Source: Acholeplasma laidlawii PG-8A (GTDB lineage Bacteria > Bacillota_I > Bacilli_A > Acholeplasmatales > Acholeplasmataceae). From it: a stretch of DNA of 32,000 bases. Positions 28,413-32,000 of this stretch are shown here, one piece after another. The stretch spans positions 810,001 through 842,000 of the forward strand of contig NC_010163.1 of NCBI RefSeq assembly GCF_000018785.1, written 5' to 3'. The notes beneath the pieces are model-generated. The model was not told the DNA's origin. It saw nothing but the letters and a program-made list of their open reading frames with translations, and searched no databases. The number at the start of each line of letters is the position of its first letter. Position 1 is the first letter of the stretch. Both the position numbers and the translations under genes were made by a program.

Positions 28413-29324
28413 ATGAACCAATTCATTGATATTCATCCAAAAGTGTTAGATGCCCTAAGATCAGGTAAGCCTGTTGTTGCGTTAGAATCTACGATTATTG
28501 CACATGGTATGCCTTATCCTAAAAATGTAGAAACGGCACTCAATGTTGAAAAAATAGTTGAACAAAATGGTGCTATACCTGCGACAATTGCGATTATAGA
28601 TGGTCGTATTAAAGTGGGCTTAAATCCAAATGAACTTACATCGTTAGGAAAACTTTCTAATGTACTCAAAGTATCCAAACGCGATATACCTTATTGTGTT
28701 ATTAAAAAATACAGTGGTGCTACTACCGTTTCAGCCACCATCCTTATTGCTGATATGGTAGGTATCAAAGTATTTGCAACAGGTGGTATCGGTGGTGTAC
28801 ATAAGGATGCTGCTGCTACATTTGATATTTCAAGAGATCTTGAAGAAATTTCTGAAAAACAGGTCGCAGTTGTCTCAGCTGGGGCTAAAGCCATACTAGA
28901 CTTAGATCTTACACTAGAATATCTTGAGACCAAGGGTGTTGAAGTAATCGGATATAAAACAAGTGAATTTCCTGCATTCTTTTCAAATGCATCTGGTTTA
29001 AATACTACTTTTCAATTAGATGAGGCAAGTCAAATTGCACAACTCATGTATACAAAATGGAATATGGGTTTAAGTGGTGGTATCGTCGTTGCAAATCCAA
29101 TACCTCAAAATTACGCAATAGATAAAGACAGTTTAGATAAAGCAATTTCAAGTGCTATATTATCAGCTAAAGATAATAAAATTACTGGTAAAGAATTAAC
29201 ACCATACTTGCTTAAAATGCTACATAGTAACAAGGATATAACAAGTCTTGAATCTAATATTGGTCTTATCTACAATAATGCGAAAATTGCAGCATTGATT
29301 GCTGTTGAATTTTCTAAACTTTAG
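28413..29324 (+). CDS. psuG: Pseudouridine-5'-phosphate glycosidase
   Basis: [72 protein letters not shown]. Confidence 0.95.
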
Positions 29325-29354
29325 GTTTGAATTATTACCCACTATGTGATAAAA

Positions 29355-29480
29355 TATTCACTGAGAAGGGGAGTAGTTCCCAAAAATTAATCGTCAATAC
29401 GGCTAGTATCAGCCCGGTTAATTTTCAAGTAAAACTTGTAAACGAGACCTTCAAGACCAGTTTCTGGTTTTGATGGTCTT
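29355..29480 (+). promoter_or_regulatory. yybP-ykoY (Mn2+-sensing) riboswitch plus expression-platform hairpin
   Basis: gagaaggggagtagttccc...atcgtcaatacggc...agcccggttaa...aaacgagaccttc, then hairpin gaccttcaagaccag/ctggttttgatggtc; directly upstream of a P-type ATPase. Confidence 0.82.
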
Positions 29481-29505
29481 TATTTATATAGAAAGGAAAG
29501 AAAAT

Positions 29506-32000
29506 ATGAAAGAAAAAACCGTATTTCAAATGAATGTTGAAGAGGTGCTTGAAAAGCATCAGACATCATTAAAAGGCTTAAGTTCCGCTGAAGCTAAAAA
29601 AAGATTAGAGGAAAATGGTCCAAATGCACTAGCCGAGGGGAAAAAACGTAGTTTATTTGCTAGACTTTTAGATCAGTTTAAAGATTTCATGGTTATAGTA
29701 CTAATCCTTGCTGCTGTTGTTGCATTCGCTGGTGCTATTATTCAAAATAAACCTGAAGAATTAACAGAAGGTCTGCTTATCATAGCAATCGTTATTATTA
29801 ATGCTATTTTAGGTGTTGCACAAGAATCTAAAGCTGAACAGGCTTTAGAATCTATTAAGAAAATGTCTAACCCACACACGACTGTCTTACGAGATGGTCA
29901 AGAAATCATCATCGATGTAGCTGATGTTGTAGTTGGTGACATTGTTGTATTACATGCAGGTGATTATATCCCAGCAGATATTAGAATTATTGAATCCATC
30001 AACCTAAAAACAGATGAATCTGCATTAACAGGTGAACCAATTCCAGTTGAGAAAAACATTGATTCAATTTCTCAAGATGAGGTTGCATTAGGTGATAGAT
30101 TTAACATCGGTTACATGAGTACAGTTGTCACTTATGGTCGTGGTTTAGCAGTTGTTACATCTACTGGTATGCAAACTGAGATTGGTAAAATTGCTACAAT
30201 GTTATCTACAACCGAAACAGAATTAACACCACTTCAAAAAACTATTTCTAAACTTGGTAAAACACTAGCTATTATTGCTTTATTTGTTGTTACAATCATC
30301 TTTATTATCCAAATATTAAGAGGTTGGTTTACTGTTGGTGTAGAAAATATTGCTTGGATTGAAATATTTATGTCATCCATTGCTTTAGCAGTTGCAGCTA
30401 TCCCAGAAGGTTTACCAGCAATTATTACCATTGTTCTAGCAATCGGTATGCAAAACTTAGTTAAACAACGTGCTATCATGCGTACCCTACCTGCAGTTGA
30501 AACATTAGGTTCTACTTCGATTATTTGTTCTGATAAGACTGGTACATTAACTCAAAACGTCATGACGATTACTGAAACTTATCTATATGATAGTACAACT
30601 AAAGTCACAGACATTGTAAATCCTACTAAAGAACTAAAAATGTTAATTGATTATGGTGTCCTATGTAATGATACTAAAGTTCAATTATCTGATGAAAAAA
30701 AGTATATCAAGATTGGTGATCCAACAGAAATTGCATTAACCGATTTATCTATAGCAACACATGATAACCCAATCAAAGTACTTGAAACATATCCGAGAGT
30801 ACATGAACTTCCATTTGACTCTGAACGTAAGTTAATGACTACTGTCCATGAAATTGATGGTAAATACGTATCTATTACAAAAGGTGCTCCAGATGTTTTA
30901 TTTGCTAAGGCTACTCATGTGAATAACCATGGTTCCATCGAAAAAGTTACACCTGCAATCATTGATACATTTACTCAACAAAATCAAGACTTCGCAGACC
31001 AAGCATTACGTGTATTAGCTATTGCTTATAAAGTATATGAACAAAAACCTGAAGTCTTACAATTAACGCATGATGATTTAGAAAATGATTTAACTATTCT
31101 AGGTTTAGTCGGTATGATTGACCCAGCAAGACCTGAAGTTAAAGATGCAATTATTGAAACTAAAAATGCTGGTATTATAACTATCATGATTACTGGTGAT
31201 CATAAGAATACAGCGGTTGCTATTGCAACTGATCTAGGGATTCTAGAACAAGGTCACTTAGCAATCACAGGTAAAGAACTAGACCGTATGTCTGATGAAG
31301 AATTCCTCGAAAAACTTCCTCAAATTAGAGTATATGCACGTGTTTCTCCTGAAAATAAAGTACGTATCGTTACAGCTTGGAAAACAACAGGTAAGATTGT
31401 TGCCATGACTGGTGACGGTGTCAATGACGCGCCAAGTATCAAACGCGCTGATATTGGTATTGCAATGGGTATTACTGGTACAGAAGTTGCTAAAGGTGCC
31501 GCAGACATGATTTTAACTGATGATAATTTTGCTACTATCGTTTCAGCAGTCAAAGAAGGTCGTACAATTCTTTCCAACATTAAAAAAGCAATTCACTTCT
31601 TACTATCTTGTAACATTGGTGAAATCATTACTATCTTCTTAGGCGTTACAATAGGTATTCTATTATTCCCAAATGAACCACAATTACAAATATTAACAGC
31701 TGCCCAAATCTTATGGGTTAACTTGGTAACTGACTCATTTATGGCGATTGCACTTGGTTTAGAACCTAAAGAACCAGATGTCATGAACCAACCACCAAGA
31801 GATAATTCAAAAGGTGTATTTGCAGATGGATTAGGTAAAAAAGTTGCTTGGCAAGGTGTTTTAATTGGTTTCATCACATTCTTAGCATTCTATATTGGTT
31901 ATTTAATTGGTGATGAAGGCAATAAACTACAACATGCACAAACTATTGGGTTCATGGTCTTAGCAATTTCACAATTATTCCATGCGTTTAATGTTAGAAG
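29506..32000 (+). CDS. Cation-transporting P-type ATPase (PMCA/SERCA-type, P2A), partial (runs off the right edge; absent from the ORF track)
   Basis: MKEKTVFQMNVEEVLEKHQTSLKGLSSAEAKKRL...; TDESALTGEP, ICSDKTGTLTQN, MTGDGVNDAPS, LPAVETLGST; RBS GAAAGG. Confidence 0.95.
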   Translation, partial: MKEKTVFQMNVEEVLEKHQTSLKGLSSAEAKKRLEENGPNALAEGKKRSLFARLLDQFKDFMVIVLILAAVVAFAGAIIQNKPEELTEGLLIIAIVIINAILGVAQESKAEQALESIKKMSNPHTTVLRDGQEIIIDVADVVVGDIVVLHAGDYIPADIRIIESINLKTDESALTGEPIPVEKNIDSISQDEVALGDRFNIGYMSTVVTYGRGLAVVTSTGMQTEIGKIATMLSTTETELTPLQKTISKLGKTLAIIALFVVTIIFIIQILRGWFTVGVENIAWIEIFMSSIALAVAAIPEGLPAIITIVLAIGMQNLVKQRAIMRTLPAVETLGSTSIICSDKTGTLTQNVMTITETYLYDSTTKVTDIVNPTKELKMLIDYGVLCNDTKVQLSDEKKYIKIGDPTEIALTDLSIATHDNPIKVLETYPRVHELPFDSERKLMTTVHEIDGKYVSITKGAPDVLFAKATHVNNHGSIEKVTPAIIDTFTQQNQDFADQALRVLAIAYKVYEQKPEVLQLTHDDLENDLTILGLVGMIDPARPEVKDAIIETKNAGIITIMITGDHKNTAVAIATDLGILEQGHLAITGKELDRMSDEEFLEKLPQIRVYARVSPENKVRIVTAWKTTGKIVAMTGDGVNDAPSIKRADIGIAMGITGTEVAKGAADMILTDDNFATIVSAVKEGRTILSNIKKAIHFLLSCNIGEIITIFLGVTIGILLFPNEPQLQILTAAQILWVNLVTDSFMAIALGLEPKEPDVMNQPPRDNSKGVFADGLGKKVAWQGVLIGFITFLAFYIGYLIGDEGNKLQHAQTIGFMVLAISQLFHAFNVR

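Noticed and set aside
1-32000. CRISPR arrays, retrons, toxin-antitoxin or phage-defence islands
   Set aside because: No regular direct-repeat array, Cas, reverse transcriptase, restriction or phage structural gene was seen; the only near-regular array is the three-unit 20-bp motif at 5597-5645.

Overview
AT-rich window with Mollicute-type gene content, most like Acholeplasma/Acholeplasmataceae: standard code, T-box and riboswitch leaders, mevalonate pathway, tmRNA tag ending in AFA. The lineage call is inference. From left to right: (i) an ABC-2 exporter cassette (two permeases, one ATPase) with a TetR-type regulator whose first ~30 codons carry two apparent +1 frameshifts; (ii) an orphan trpB behind a Trp (UGG) T-box, bracketed together with a truncated transposase by a 38/40-bp inverted repeat, next to other IS relics; (iii) a MerA-type flavoprotein reductase next to a CopA N-terminal (HMA) stub with a CsoR-like operator; (iv) an IS3-family transposase with two in-frame stops, abutting the 3' end of tmRNA; (v) an ECF-type S component; (vi) a lysine operon lysA-lysC-asd-dapA-dapB plus two small genes behind an L-box riboswitch; (vii) a surface 5'-nucleotidase, a GGDEF protein, guaC and an acyl-ACP thioesterase; (viii) a mevalonate operon mvk-mvaD-pmk-fni; (ix) ppiB, psuG and a P-type ATPase behind a yybP-ykoY-type (Mn2+) riboswitch. 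I found no clearly novel defence or mobile system. The best leads are the inverted-repeat-bracketed trpB segment, the frameshifted TetR with a clean promoter/operator, and the decayed IS3 element with degenerate ends at the tmRNA 3' end.
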